Source: a virus. From it: a DNA stretch of 64,000 bases. The notes beneath the pieces were generated by a model. The model was given only the letters and a program-made list of their open reading frames with translations. It did no database searches and was not told the origin of the DNA. Both the position numbers and the translations under genes were made by a program. Below, one piece after another: positions 20,246 to 30,302 of this stretch. Each line of letters starts with the position of its first letter. Within the stretch, counting starts at the first letter, position 1. The stretch is taken from positions 32,001 through 96,000 of the IMG/VR virus record IMGVR_UViG_3300022562_001814; one strand, 5' to 3'.

Positions 20246-20938
20246 ATTCTTAGACTTGTAAGTGTTGGCAACAGTTTACCCTATTCTTGGCCGTTGGAAT
20301 TATCAGCAACATTTCAGCCGGGTCAAATTGCTCAATTAACGGCACAAGGTAATGCGGTTGTTGCCACTGTTTCCAACGGAACAGCGCCATTAGGTATTAT
20401 TGATGATATTAAAACCAAAGCTTTTACAGCTGTATCTTGGGATGAAACGGTAATTGTTCAGGCAACTGGGGTTCCCGGACCAAATAATACTTTAATTACT
20501 ACTACAGATATTAAAGTTGAACTAGATAATCCAAATATTTTCCCAGAGAGTTTCGTATCAATTCCAGTAAGTGTACAATTAATTCCTCGTAATGGCGTAA
20601 TAGTTTTTCCAGCAGGAACACAATTAAATCTTGATGATGGGGGTGGTGGTACTCCTAATGCTATTAAAACAAATGTAAGATATACTTATCAAATTCCTAA
20701 TATTATTGGTGATGATAGTACTGCTGGCTCTAATAGAATTACTGTATGGTTTCAACGTGGTATTTATCAAACTGATGTTTTTGATACTGCCGCAACTTAT
20801 CCGTTAAATGCAAATTTATTTGTAAATGAAAACGGTATGTTGACAACTAAACAACCTACAGTAAATTATCCAAGCGTGGCTTTAGTTACTTCGCCGCCGT
20901 CCCCACTCTTCCCCTGGTTAGAATTTTTATTTTTATAA
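20246..20938 (+). CDS. Capsid decoration/cement-like protein
   Basis: Beta-rich. PLGIIDD and GDDSTAGSNRITVW..GIYQTD parallel GPNTMTGSGKVTLW..GLYG in 27104. The ORF track starts at TTG 20294, but the frame is open to ATT 20246, which has an RBS. Confidence 0.6.
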   Translation: MLRLVSVGNSLPYSWPLELSATFQPGQIAQLTAQGNAVVATVSNGTAPLGIIDDIKTKAFTAVSWDETVIVQATGVPGPNNTLITTTDIKVELDNPNIFPESFVSIPVSVQLIPRNGVIVFPAGTQLNLDDGGGGTPNAIKTNVRYTYQIPNIIGDDSTAGSNRITVWFQRGIYQTDVFDTAATYPLNANLFVNENGMLTTKQPTVNYPSVALVTSPPSPLFPWLEFLFL

Positions 20939-20954
20939 CCGAACTTTATCATAT

Positions 20955-21041
20955 TATAAAAGATCAGCTGAAAAGATAGGTAAAGATTTTGGTGTTACCG
21001 AAAAAGTGATAGTTAGAGTAAGGAAAGAAAACAAGAAGTAA
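20955..21041 (+). pseudogene. Remnant HTH fragment, probably from a lost homing endonuclease
   Basis: Reads YKRSAEKIGKDFGVTEKVIVRVRKENKK* with no start codon. Confidence 0.4.
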
Positions 21042-21096
21042 CCAGTTAATTATTACTATTTTGGCATTCCTTCGAAGACTGTCTCGGAGCTTGTCA

Positions 21097-22248
21097 ATGA
21101 CATATACATTAAAAGATCTTAAACATTTAGAAGTAATCGCCGAATTAGAGAAAAAAGAACCTATGCCTGAAAAACAAATTAATTTAAATTTGTTTACGGA
21201 TAATAAACCAAAAGCGCAAGGAACTCAAGAAAAAATTCTCACTCTTTGCGCTAAGCTTAGAAAAGAAGGATTTGACAAACAAGCTAATGCTTTAGAAAAT
21301 AAATTTATGTCTTATAAAATGGCTACCACTCATTTATATAGAGCGATAGATGAAGACGGAGAAGATGTCATCAATTCTGCTCATCCAGATGGTGAAGTTA
21401 AAGTAGAAGATGCTGATAATGATTTAGGCGTTGTCGAAACCGGATTAACACAACATAAAAAAATAGTTGATATTATTAATAAAAAACCAACTGGTAAATT
21501 AGCCAAATATGTTTTAGAATGTCAAGAAATTTTAAAACAAGGACAAGCTACAATGGGAGTATATACTCTATATAAATTATATCAATCAGCTAAACAGTTA
21601 TGGGGAGACTTAGTTGAAAAAGCGGAAGTTGTTAAATCAAAATTAGATTCTTTATCTTCTGACGGAGATGCAAGAAAAAATCCAAAATTAATAGAATTAA
21701 TTTCTGATGCTAAAGTTGAAATAACATCTGTTATAAGTGATAAGGCTTTTTTTGAATCTGTTGGTATGAGTGGTGCAGAATCAGGAATTTCTGGTGGAGA
21801 AATCGATCGTCATTTAAATGATTTAAATAAATTAAAAGAAAAATTAACAGATCTTAAAAAAGAAATAGACAGAACATTTACGGCCTTAACTCGAGGTATT
21901 AAAGGTAAATTATATCATTATACATTTAGCACTATTTTTAAAGAAGCAAAAGAAAGTATTCAAAACTTTGAAGAAGAATTATATTTAATGCTGCACACGT
22001 TATCAAATATGAAAGAAAAAAATTCTCCAACAGTTGTCACAAATAGTATAGATACTTCTATAAATCAATTGAATGTCTGGTCTAATTCTTTAAATCAAAG
22101 AACAGATCTTAATGATGAAATGAAAACCAAAATTAATGTTTGGATTCAAGCTCAAATTCAAGAAATGAAAGATAATGCAAATAATCCAGAAAAATTGAAA
22201 GAATTATTAAAAGAGAATGAAAATTTTAAAGCAGCCTGGAAATTATAA
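21097..22248 (+). CDS. Putative internal head / ejection protein (helical)
   Basis: ATG 21097 has a GGAG RBS. Contains SYKMAT, GKLA and ILKQGQ motifs. Its AHP...VE segment is shared with 25735. Confidence 0.7.
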   Translation: MTYTLKDLKHLEVIAELEKKEPMPEKQINLNLFTDNKPKAQGTQEKILTLCAKLRKEGFDKQANALENKFMSYKMATTHLYRAIDEDGEDVINSAHPDGEVKVEDADNDLGVVETGLTQHKKIVDIINKKPTGKLAKYVLECQEILKQGQATMGVYTLYKLYQSAKQLWGDLVEKAEVVKSKLDSLSSDGDARKNPKLIELISDAKVEITSVISDKAFFESVGMSGAESGISGGEIDRHLNDLNKLKEKLTDLKKEIDRTFTALTRGIKGKLYHYTFSTIFKEAKESIQNFEEELYLMLHTLSNMKEKNSPTVVTNSIDTSINQLNVWSNSLNQRTDLNDEMKTKINVWIQAQIQEMKDNANNPEKLKELLKENENFKAAWKL

Positions 22249-23459
22249 TGATTTTTAAATTTTCCCAAAAACCAACTATGCCAATTCCAGATGGAACGAC
22301 ATCTAATGTTTCTGTTCAAACAAAACCACAAATGCCAGTTCCAGATGGAACGACATCTGAACCAATGGGTGTTAAAGATATGTTTGGACAAGTTTGGCCT
22401 GTAAATTCTAATATGGGGAAGATGCTTGTTAACACGGCTATTAGTCAAGGCACCAAACCTGATTATGTATATAATATCGAACAAGCTGTAAGCCCCGCCC
22501 AGACTCCATCTTCCGTTTCTGTTCATGATTTACCTCCGGTAAAAAGAACACCTATTAATGTTAAAATTCCTGCCGTTGCAGAAATGCAACAAGCGATAAT
22601 CGCTTTATCTAAAGATATTGCATCCCAAGATGTTTTACATAGCGCAAAAACAGATGGTAATTTACAGCAAATAGAAGGTGCTGATCCATTTTTAAATTTT
22701 CTTGTTACAAACTATATGCAAGCCGCCCCCAAAACCGGACAACAAGTTGTTAGCGGTGATATGGGTATGCCTATCAAACAAGAAACTACCACCAAATTAG
22801 AAAATTTTAAAGGTATGTTAAATACTTTAAAAAATATAGGTTCTCGAGGTTCTGAACAAACTCCAGATGGTATTTGGGGTTTTAGAACTAATAATGCTTT
22901 AAATAATATCTATGCGCTCGCATACACGCTTATGCACGTACAAAAAGATATAAATATCGAACCAAGTATTTATACTGAAGAAGATTTAATTGAATTACAC
23001 GACAATATTCCCGAAGATAGTAAGGTATTAACCACAGATCAAAAAGTTTTAAGCGCTATTGTTATTACAAAAAATCTTAATAAATTTAGAGCGGTATATG
23101 ATAGCTTTAGAGAAAAAGTATTAAATAACCCAACTTTAAAATCAAAAATCACTCAAGAACAACCCCTTTTAATTAAAAAACCGGTTTCTTCCACTACACC
23201 GTTATCACAATATGAACGTGATTTATATTCAAAATACAAAACAACAGAATTAAATACAATTGTAAATGGTCAAACAGTAACTGTAATGCCTTTTAATTTA
23301 TTCAATATTGATAATTTTAAAAAATATTTAAAAAGCAAAGCGCCTATTATAGGTTTATCAAAAGAAGAATTAGATGCCATTCAAAAATCTACTCCAGAAG
23401 GACAAATGTTAGTTAATAAATTTTTGACAGAAATTGCTAATAGTATGGGGCAGGAATAA
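22248..23459 (+). CDS. Putative internal/ejection protein with peptidoglycan-binding-like motif
   Basis: PDGIWGFRTNNAL matches the PGBD DGxxGxxT motif, with VAEMQQAI upstream. Has a duplicated MP(I/V)PDGTTS and starts MIFKFSQ. Confidence 0.6.
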   Translation: MIFKFSQKPTMPIPDGTTSNVSVQTKPQMPVPDGTTSEPMGVKDMFGQVWPVNSNMGKMLVNTAISQGTKPDYVYNIEQAVSPAQTPSSVSVHDLPPVKRTPINVKIPAVAEMQQAIIALSKDIASQDVLHSAKTDGNLQQIEGADPFLNFLVTNYMQAAPKTGQQVVSGDMGMPIKQETTTKLENFKGMLNTLKNIGSRGSEQTPDGIWGFRTNNALNNIYALAYTLMHVQKDINIEPSIYTEEDLIELHDNIPEDSKVLTTDQKVLSAIVITKNLNKFRAVYDSFREKVLNNPTLKSKITQEQPLLIKKPVSSTTPLSQYERDLYSKYKTTELNTIVNGQTVTVMPFNLFNIDNFKKYLKSKAPIIGLSKEELDAIQKSTPEGQMLVNKFLTEIANSMGQE

Positions 23460-24648
23460 TGACATTTTTGCATCAAGATGATATTTTAGGTGAATTAATC
23501 ATTAAATCGGGTGCTTTTAATGAATTGATCAAACAAGCTCAACAAACTAATAATGATCTTAAATTACTTACAACTAAATTGTTAAATAATTTAATGAATC
23601 AAGCCGTTCAAGCCGGACCGGGAACAAAAATTTATACCGGTGATTTGGTAAGTTTAGATAAGTTTTTAAATTATCTTTATTCTCATCAAAATGAAGAACA
23701 ATTTGATAATCAAGCTATAGTATATAAAGAAGATGGGGCAAAACTACCTCCTAATCCAGAAGAATATATTAAATTTCATGGATTTTTAGTATCGCCTGCA
23801 GGGTTTTGGTCTAAAATACATGAATTAGAAAATTTAGCTGAAAAACCAGAAAATAATTTATTAAAACCTTTTATTAAAAATTTAAAAGATTCTGGCGCAC
23901 AAACATTTGGTGAGGACACTTCTCAAACTATATCTCCTAATGAAATTCTAGAACGCGGCATCAATCCTGAACAAAACGGACAAACTGCCAAACCATCCGG
24001 AGCAGGACAAGCAGGACAAGCAGGACAAGCAGGACAAGCAGGACAAGCAGGACAAGCAGGACAAGCAGGACAAGCAGGACAAGCAGGACAAGCAGGACAA
24101 GCAGACAAGCAGAAATTGTACCAGTCTCATATAAAGCACAACAAGCCGCTCAACAAGAGCTTACGCAAAATTTAAAAAATCTTAGCACTAATTTACCTTT
24201 TCAACGAGATGATGTAATTAGACCGTATGATTTACAATCTTTTATTAATAATGTAAGCAAGATAGTATCTGCGTATCCCGGAATGAATGAATCTTTAAAA
24301 AATGAATTTATTCAATTTACCAATACAATGTCAGGGACTATTAATGCTTGGGAAGGATTCATTAATAAAAACGCAAGTAAATATCCTCAAGTAAAATCTT
24401 TTCAAACTCAAGTTCCGTATAATAGATCGGCTAATGCTGAAGCAACATTATCCCAAATTTTTGGAGATACTCCAAATGCTAGAACAGCAGCTCAGATTTT
24501 ATTAAGAATGATAATTTTAGTTAATCAAACTTTATTAAGTTTGCGTCAAATAGAAGGTCTTAATCAAAGATTAAGTCCAGAAGTTGTGTCTGAACAAGTT
24601 AAAAGAGCACAAAACTTCATATATAATTTACAAGCTTTTGTCGGATAA
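23459..24648 (+). CDS. Putative internal/ejection protein interrupted by a 1-nt frameshift in a GQA repeat (ORFs 23459-24175 and 24283-24648)
   Basis: After 11 perfect 9-bp units the 12th is 8 bp. The shifted frame from 24109 is open into ORF 24283. Contains LIKQAQ. Confidence 0.7.
24002..24108 (+). repeat. Tandem repeat (GCAGGACAA)x11 plus one 8-bp unit
   Basis: Read directly from the sequence. Confidence 0.97.
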
Positions 24649-24651
24649 TGA

Positions 24652-25722
24652 ATGAATAAATCAGATAAACAATTTATTTTACAGACAATGCAGATTGAAC
24701 GGCTACTCCATGATCCATCTATGGATAAAACTGCTCAAGATTTTTTGTCTGGAGTTGTATCTGATATTAAAAATAAAGTTACTGGACTTAAATCAGTAGA
24801 AGATGTTTTAGGGTTTTTAGTGCCAGGAATATTTTGGACATTAGGATTTAAAAAATTATCTCTTGTATATACGGTAGCGGAAGCACTTGGATTTAATTTT
24901 TCTGATTTTTTAAGTTCAATTAGAGAAAAATTAAAACCAATTTTAGAAGATTTGTTTGCAGGAAAACAAACAGAAGCTTCAACTATTTCAAATATAGTAG
25001 CACAAAGTGCAAGCGAAGCAACAACTGATAATGTTGATCCGGAAAAATTTCAAAAAGCTGTTACATCTAGTTCTTTGAAAAATATGTTAGTAATTCAAGG
25101 ATTAATATTAGGTTTAGCAAAAAAAGCACGTCGCTCTTCTTCTACTTTAGAAGAAAAAATAAGAGAATTAGCTCAGTCTACTTTAGGGCGTAGAGCAAGA
25201 TCTGGTGTAGTAGGAATAATTGTTAGAGTATTTTCTTGGATTATTACAGTTATATTAATAAGTCTTGGATTAGGTGTTGGCGGTTCTGTTATTTCTAATT
25301 TAGTTAAAAGTAGATCAGAAGAAACTGGAGAAACCGAAGGAAATAAAGATCAAACGATAACACCAGCTTCAACTCAAGTACCCGTCCCTGAAAATGAACC
25401 AAATGTTAAATTATATTTAAATCCACAAGCCGATCAATCATTACTTACAACAACTTATAATGATTCAAGTCATGTATGGTTATTGCAACTTCCAATCACC
25501 CAAATACATGAGCTTTTAATTAAATGGGCTCAAGAATTATATCCAAATTTAAATAATAAATCTGCATTTGAATCAAGTAGTGTATTTAATCGTACATTAA
25601 GAATGTTTAAAGATAGAAATAAAGGTTCGGAACAATTAAATCTTATTGCTGTGCCTCAACCATTTAAATCAATAAAAGAAATTGTTGATAGTTTCGCTGC
25701 AGATGTAGCTTCTCATATGTAA
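24652..25722 (+). CDS. Putative ejection protein with transmembrane segments
   Basis: MDKTAQ motif and hydrophobic GVVGIIVRVFSWIITVILISLGLGVGG. Confidence 0.65.
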   Translation: MNKSDKQFILQTMQIERLLHDPSMDKTAQDFLSGVVSDIKNKVTGLKSVEDVLGFLVPGIFWTLGFKKLSLVYTVAEALGFNFSDFLSSIREKLKPILEDLFAGKQTEASTISNIVAQSASEATTDNVDPEKFQKAVTSSSLKNMLVIQGLILGLAKKARRSSSTLEEKIRELAQSTLGRRARSGVVGIIVRVFSWIITVILISLGLGVGGSVISNLVKSRSEETGETEGNKDQTITPASTQVPVPENEPNVKLYLNPQADQSLLTTTYNDSSHVWLLQLPITQIHELLIKWAQELYPNLNNKSAFESSSVFNRTLRMFKDRNKGSEQLNLIAVPQPFKSIKEIVDSFAADVASHM

Positions 25723-25734
25723 TGAAGGAATATT

Positions 25735-27021
25735 ATGCCTCGTATGAAATCTGAAATTTTTGAAAATTATTCTCTTATAGCCGATCGTGTAGGTTTAACT
25801 AAATTAGCTGAAGATTCTGCTGAATTAGAAAAATATAAAAATGACGCTGAAGCTAGGGCAGGATCTGATGATATTTCAACCATTGAAGCTCTTTATGGGG
25901 TGAAACCAGATGGACAAAATTATGAATGGAATATAATGGAAATTGCTCATCCAAAATCTGTTATTATTGCACCATCTTATGATAAAATAAATGGATTAGT
26001 AGAAAATAATATAGAACGAAATAGAATTATGAGTAATATTGCTCTTAAACCAACTACTGGTAATCATGCCAATCCTAAATATGCCCAACAAGAATTAATT
26101 ATGGAATTAGTGCGTGTCGGCAATGAAATGGATTCAAGAAATAATGAAGAATTATATAAACTTGCCGATGAATGTTTAATTAATTTACAAAAAGAAGCTT
26201 GGTCTTGGGAAGATGTGGAACAATTTTTTAAAGAAAAAAGCCAAGATGCCCCCGGTATTGGCGAAGGTGCTGCTGCTGGTGCGAGTATTGGCGCAACTAT
26301 TGGTGGATTATTGACTGCTTGGACCGGTGCAGGTATGTTGGCTGGAATTCCGGCTGGCGCAGCAACTGGTGCTGTTATCGGCGGGTTAATTGCCGCCATT
26401 ACTAAAACGGCTCCTCAAGTACAAAATGTTGCTTTAAATGCCGTAGAAGTTTCCGATCAATTAAAAGATTTACGTAAAAAGGTCCCAGAAAGTGAAGCAT
26501 TTTTTCAAGTAATTGATGAAGAATTAAATTCTTTAAGTGCAGCTGCTAATCGATATCAGGCAGCATTAAATACTCTTAAAGGTCACATGTTACAAAAACA
26601 AGATTCAACATCAGATCAATCAGAAGTAACAGAAGCTACTAAACAATTTTTAGAACATGTTGCGATTATCAAAAGTATTCATGGAGAATTTTCACGTAGA
26701 GCTAAAGCCGGCGCTTTTGCCAAAGCTAAACCTGGAAAAGCAATTGCTCCACTTTATTGGTTTATAGCTGATGATGTTGAAGACGTAGAAGATGCGTTTA
26801 CTGCTTTAGAAAATGCAATAGATAGATTAGAAAATGCCACGCAAACGGGTGTACAACAAGCAGCTAAATCCGCCCCAAAATCTTCGCAACCGATTAATCA
26901 ACCAACACAACCAACACAACCAACACAACCAACACAACCAACACAACCAACACAACCAACACAAACATCACCAGAACAAGAACAAGACAAAGGTGAAGAA
27001 TTTTTGCAAGCAATTGAATAA
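25735..27021 (+). CDS. Putative ejection protein with glycine-zipper hairpin
   Basis: GAAAGASIGATIGGLL...GAATGAVIGGLIAA, with LTKLAE, PKYAQ and LQKEAW motifs. Confidence 0.65.
   Translation: MPRMKSEIFENYSLIADRVGLTKLAEDSAELEKYKNDAEARAGSDDISTIEALYGVKPDGQNYEWNIMEIAHPKSVIIAPSYDKINGLVENNIERNRIMSNIALKPTTGNHANPKYAQQELIMELVRVGNEMDSRNNEELYKLADECLINLQKEAWSWEDVEQFFKEKSQDAPGIGEGAAAGASIGATIGGLLTAWTGAGMLAGIPAGAATGAVIGGLIAAITKTAPQVQNVALNAVEVSDQLKDLRKKVPESEAFFQVIDEELNSLSAAANRYQAALNTLKGHMLQKQDSTSDQSEVTEATKQFLEHVAIIKSIHGEFSRRAKAGAFAKAKPGKAIAPLYWFIADDVEDVEDAFTALENAIDRLENATQTGVQQAAKSAPKSSQPINQPTQPTQPTQPTQPTQPTQPTQTSPEQEQDKGEEFLQAIE
26899..26961 (+). repeat. Tandem repeat (CAACCAACA)x7 encoding (QPT)7
   Basis: Read directly from the sequence. 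Confidence 0.95.
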
Positions 27022-27103
27022 AATAAAATAAATATATCAATACTATAATATATAGTTAGCATTAGCAAGACCCAGATGTAAGAAATTAATTTAGGATAAT
27101 AAA

Positions 27104-27754
27104 ATGGCTTTAATACTTTTAAATAATGTTGGTCAACCATTTGGCCAATTCGACGGATATGATAATCTTTCACCTCTTGGCGGCGAAGTTGCAAAACTTG
27201 TTCCTTACGCTACAAGTGGTTCAGATCTTCATGCCAAAGATATTGAAGATGGTTATGCAGTTTCAGGCTCACCTCTTTCACAACAAGTTCGTCCAGTTGT
27301 TACATTAACATTAACTGGTTCTGAAACTGAAGGATTATTCCTTTGTGATGAAGGTGTTGCAAATTATGGTACACTTTTTGGTTCAGTTGTTGGTGGGACA
27401 GCTGGTCAAGTTGTAAGTGGTGGTGCGGTTCTTGGACCTAACACAATGACAGGTTCAGGTAAAGTAACACTCTGGAAAAATCCAGGTCTTTATGGCGTTA
27501 CACTTGATGCGCTTAGCTCAAACCTTCAACCAACCGCTAACTTAACTGTTGGTACTCAATTAACCTATACAACTGATGGTAAATTGACTCCACAAGGTGC
27601 TGGCGACGACGCTGGTGGTCCAACAATTGCTTCATTAGTTGAATTCTCGACTGGTGATACATTGGTTACTACACCGCGCTCCTTAACAAGAGTTGGTGTT
27701 CTAGGTGGACAACTTGAATTCAAATATGCTGTAATTAACTTACACCTCGTATAA
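27104..27754 (+). CDS. Capsid decoration/cement protein
   Basis: Beta-rich, Gly/Thr-rich 216 aa protein with a strong RBS and its own terminator, upstream of the MCP. Contains two DGY motifs. Confidence 0.65.
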   Translation: MALILLNNVGQPFGQFDGYDNLSPLGGEVAKLVPYATSGSDLHAKDIEDGYAVSGSPLSQQVRPVVTLTLTGSETEGLFLCDEGVANYGTLFGSVVGGTAGQVVSGGAVLGPNTMTGSGKVTLWKNPGLYGVTLDALSSNLQPTANLTVGTQLTYTTDGKLTPQGAGDDAGGPTIASLVEFSTGDTLVTTPRSLTRVGVLGGQLEFKYAVINLHLV

Positions 27755-27779
27755 TAGTTAATTAAGTAGTTCAAGATAA

Positions 27780-27810
27780 AAAAGCCTCGGTACTTAGTAT
27801 CGGGGCTTTT
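27780..27810 (+). terminator. Rho-independent terminator
   Basis: AAAAGCCTCGGTAC-TTA-GTATCGGGGCTTTT hairpin with a T tract after a structural gene. Confidence 0.8.
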
Positions 27811-27833
27811 AGTTATTTTTTTGGTATGTTAAT

Positions 27834-28436
27834 ATGGATATTTTAAAGTTAGCAAAATTAGCAGATAAATTTGCCGCAATAACAAAATATCAGTATCTAT
27901 ATCATATTCGATCACCAGATTTCAAAGGTAAATTTTTATATCCATTATCTGAGTTAGCTGAAATAGATAAAAGGCTTTATAATAAATCTTTTAATAAATA
28001 CAAGGGCAGAGAAGATTGGATTAATCGTGAAATACCTTTATTAAATTGTAAAGCAACTGACGTAGTTAATTTATCAACTATTAATCCGATAAAACTTTTT
28101 GCTGTAGAAATATTACTTAATATAGAAAAAATAGAAGACAAACAAATATTTAAAATACCGACTTCAATTTTAAAAAATCAAGAATTTGTATTATTTAGTT
28201 ATGACAAAGATCTAAATTATAAATATAAAAAACAAAATATAAATGCTTATAAAGAATGTATTCATGTTCCATTAGATACGGTAGAACATTATATAGAAAG
28301 TAAAAAAAATAAAGAAAGTCCACTTATATTCGAATATGTGCCACATGTCCTTGTTAAAGGAAAGGTGGATATTTCAACAGCAGAACTTATTGATTTTAAA
28401 TCTACGAATATAATAAATTTACTAAATGAATTTTAA
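27834..28436 (+). CDS. Hypothetical protein with LADKF leader (possible ART-like fold)
   Basis: A globular domain starting YLYH..P..G..LYPL follows MDILKLAKLADKFAAI. The fold is a guess. Confidence 0.65.
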   Translation: MDILKLAKLADKFAAITKYQYLYHIRSPDFKGKFLYPLSELAEIDKRLYNKSFNKYKGREDWINREIPLLNCKATDVVNLSTINPIKLFAVEILLNIEKIEDKQIFKIPTSILKNQEFVLFSYDKDLNYKYKKQNINAYKECIHVPLDTVEHYIESKKNKESPLIFEYVPHVLVKGKVDISTAELIDFKSTNIINLLNEF

Positions 28437-28437
28437 T

Positions 28438-28761
28438 TTAACTATTAGGTTCGCTATTTGTTCTTCTTAAGAATTTATTAAATGCCTCTGACAAATCATT
28501 GACTGCTTTTTCTAATATGGGATTTTTATTGCTTTTATCCATACGTTTAATCACCTCCTCCATAACAGCTCTTGATCGGTTTAATTCTTCTACGATTTTT
28601 TTATCTTCTTCATCTCTTCTCTTTTTTTCAGCATCAGAAATAGCTAATGGACCGGTTGGTACAGGTGGGGGGGGTGGTAAACTTCCAGGCATCGGCATAG
28701 GAGTTTGTGCAACTTTAGAAAATTTATTTGCCAGTTTAATAAGATTAAGATATTTTTTCAT
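28438..28761 (-). CDS. Small protein with LANKF-KVAQ leader and Pro-rich segment
   Basis: AGGT RBS on the minus strand. Starts MKKYLNLIKLANKFSKVAQ. Confidence 0.7.
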   Translation of the reverse strand: MKKYLNLIKLANKFSKVAQTPMPMPGSLPPPPPVPTGPLAISDAEKKRRDEEDKKIVEELNRSRAVMEEVIKRMDKSNKNPILEKAVNDLSEAFNKFLRRTNSEPNS

Positions 28762-28815
28762 TTTTACCTATTATAATATTATATTATTAATATTTAAATA
28801 TTAAATGGAGGGTTA

Positions 28816-29535
28816 ATGTTTATAGCCGTTATTAATCAATCAACTTTAGTATCTAATGTAGAAGTTGATACTATGACTCAAGCCGTGCAAAAACAAATGA
28901 TTTTGCATGTTGCTCCGGCATGGAATCAATTAACGCCAAAAGTTAAATTTATCGCTGATCAAAATAAAATTCCTAAGTACGCTTGGGTTGTGGTGATATT
29001 AGATGATTCCGATCAAGCTGGTACTTTAGGTTATCATTCCGAATCAAACGGTCTTGTTTATGGGGTAGTGTTTGCTCGTCCAGTTTTAGATAATGGTGGT
29101 GTTGTTTTACGAGATACTAGACATAATCAAAATATTAGCGTTGCTTCGGTATTAAGTCATGAAGTGGTTGAAATGTTTGGAGATCGTTATGCTAACGCTT
29201 GGGTAGATGGACCTGTCATTACACAAGGCGGCGAATATGCATTAGAATTGGCTGATGCGGTTGAAGGGGATTTATATGATATCACCGCTTACAATGGAAC
29301 TCTTGTATCAGTATCTAATTTTCTTTTTCCTTCTTGGTTTAATGACCAGGCTACCGCTGATAATTTACCATTTGACTATTTAAAAAAGCTTACAAAACCA
29401 TTTGCTATGACAAGTGGTGGTTATATGATTTTACGTAAATCCGGCGCTATTTCACAAGTTTTTGGCGAAATGATGCCGGAATGGAAACAGACACTTAAGA
29501 AAAATAAAAAACGAAGAAAAATTAAGGATAAATAA
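28816..29535 (+). CDS. Zincin-like metallopeptidase family protein
   Basis: GTLGYH...SHEVVEMFGD...ELADAVEG, with GGAGG RBS. Confidence 0.65.
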   Translation: MFIAVINQSTLVSNVEVDTMTQAVQKQMILHVAPAWNQLTPKVKFIADQNKIPKYAWVVVILDDSDQAGTLGYHSESNGLVYGVVFARPVLDNGGVVLRDTRHNQNISVASVLSHEVVEMFGDRYANAWVDGPVITQGGEYALELADAVEGDLYDITAYNGTLVSVSNFLFPSWFNDQATADNLPFDYLKKLTKPFAMTSGGYMILRKSGAISQVFGEMMPEWKQTLKKNKKRRKIKDK

Positions 29536-30302
29536 TGTCTAATTTAACAGCGTTAGCAAATCATTTTTTTATGCTAATTAAACAAGCAGATCCTATGAAA
29601 GATCCATTGGTTAGATCTGAAAAAGTTTTACCAGAAGTTACTGAAGAAATTGATGATTTAATTAAAGATAGTTTGCAATTAGTTATTTTATTACATCGTG
29701 CTTTTGCAGACTTTAGTAATGAAGCACAAAATTTGGCTGGTGATGATAAATACTTGGCAACTAAATTATCAGAACAAGTAATTTCTGAATTAGATGAGAT
29801 AGAAGATACGTTACAAAGTCCACACCTATTAGAATTTGATTTAAATACGGAATCAACTTTAATTGATTCATTAGATAGTTCATTAAGTATGATAAGAATG
29901 GCATTGAATTTAGTTAAACCAGTACCGGTTCCAGCACCACATTATTATTCAGAATATGAAAAAGTAAGATGGGAAGGTAAGGCTCCTCCCCCTGCTTTCA
30001 AAGCATTAGATCCTAAAGTTCATAAATGGGTATCAGAATTGCAAGAAAATTTTGATAAAATGCATGATTTGGCTATGAGACAATCAGAATTTATGGAAAG
30101 ATATTTTGCTTCTAAACCAATAAGAATGACCGAACAAGAAGAAAAAAATCCAGATGAGTTTTCTTATGAAGATATACATCCAGATTATGATGATGGTCCA
30201 GAATATTTTAGTGATGAAGCTGCTTGGAATGAAATTGAAGATGATGAAGCATTAGCTAAAAGGTTAGAATTAGAAGAACAGGCAGAAAAAGAAGATTGGT
30301 AA
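29535..30302 (+). CDS. Acidic protein with LANHF-KQAD leader
   Basis: Starts MSNLTALANHFFMLIKQAD. Confidence 0.7.
   Translation: MSNLTALANHFFMLIKQADPMKDPLVRSEKVLPEVTEEIDDLIKDSLQLVILLHRAFADFSNEAQNLAGDDKYLATKLSEQVISELDEIEDTLQSPHLLEFDLNTESTLIDSLDSSLSMIRMALNLVKPVPVPAPHYYSEYEKVRWEGKAPPPAFKALDPKVHKWVSELQENFDKMHDLAMRQSEFMERYFASKPIRMTEQEEKNPDEFSYEDIHPDYDDGPEYFSDEAAWNEIEDDEALAKRLELEEQAEKEDW

Noticed and set aside
24002-24108. Tandem repeats (also 26899-26961) as a possible CRISPR array
   Set aside because: They are contiguous 9-bp units with no spacers, in frame within coding linkers, and there are no cas genes.
23923-24139. Minus-strand ORFs with (CPA)n and (CLS)n that look like metallothionein or ferredoxin
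   Set aside because: They are antisense translations of the 9-bp GQA repeat and have no RBS or independent support.
28499-28804. Plus-strand 101-aa ORF
   Set aside because: It overlaps the better-supported minus-strand gene 28438-28761, which has an RBS and the shared leader.
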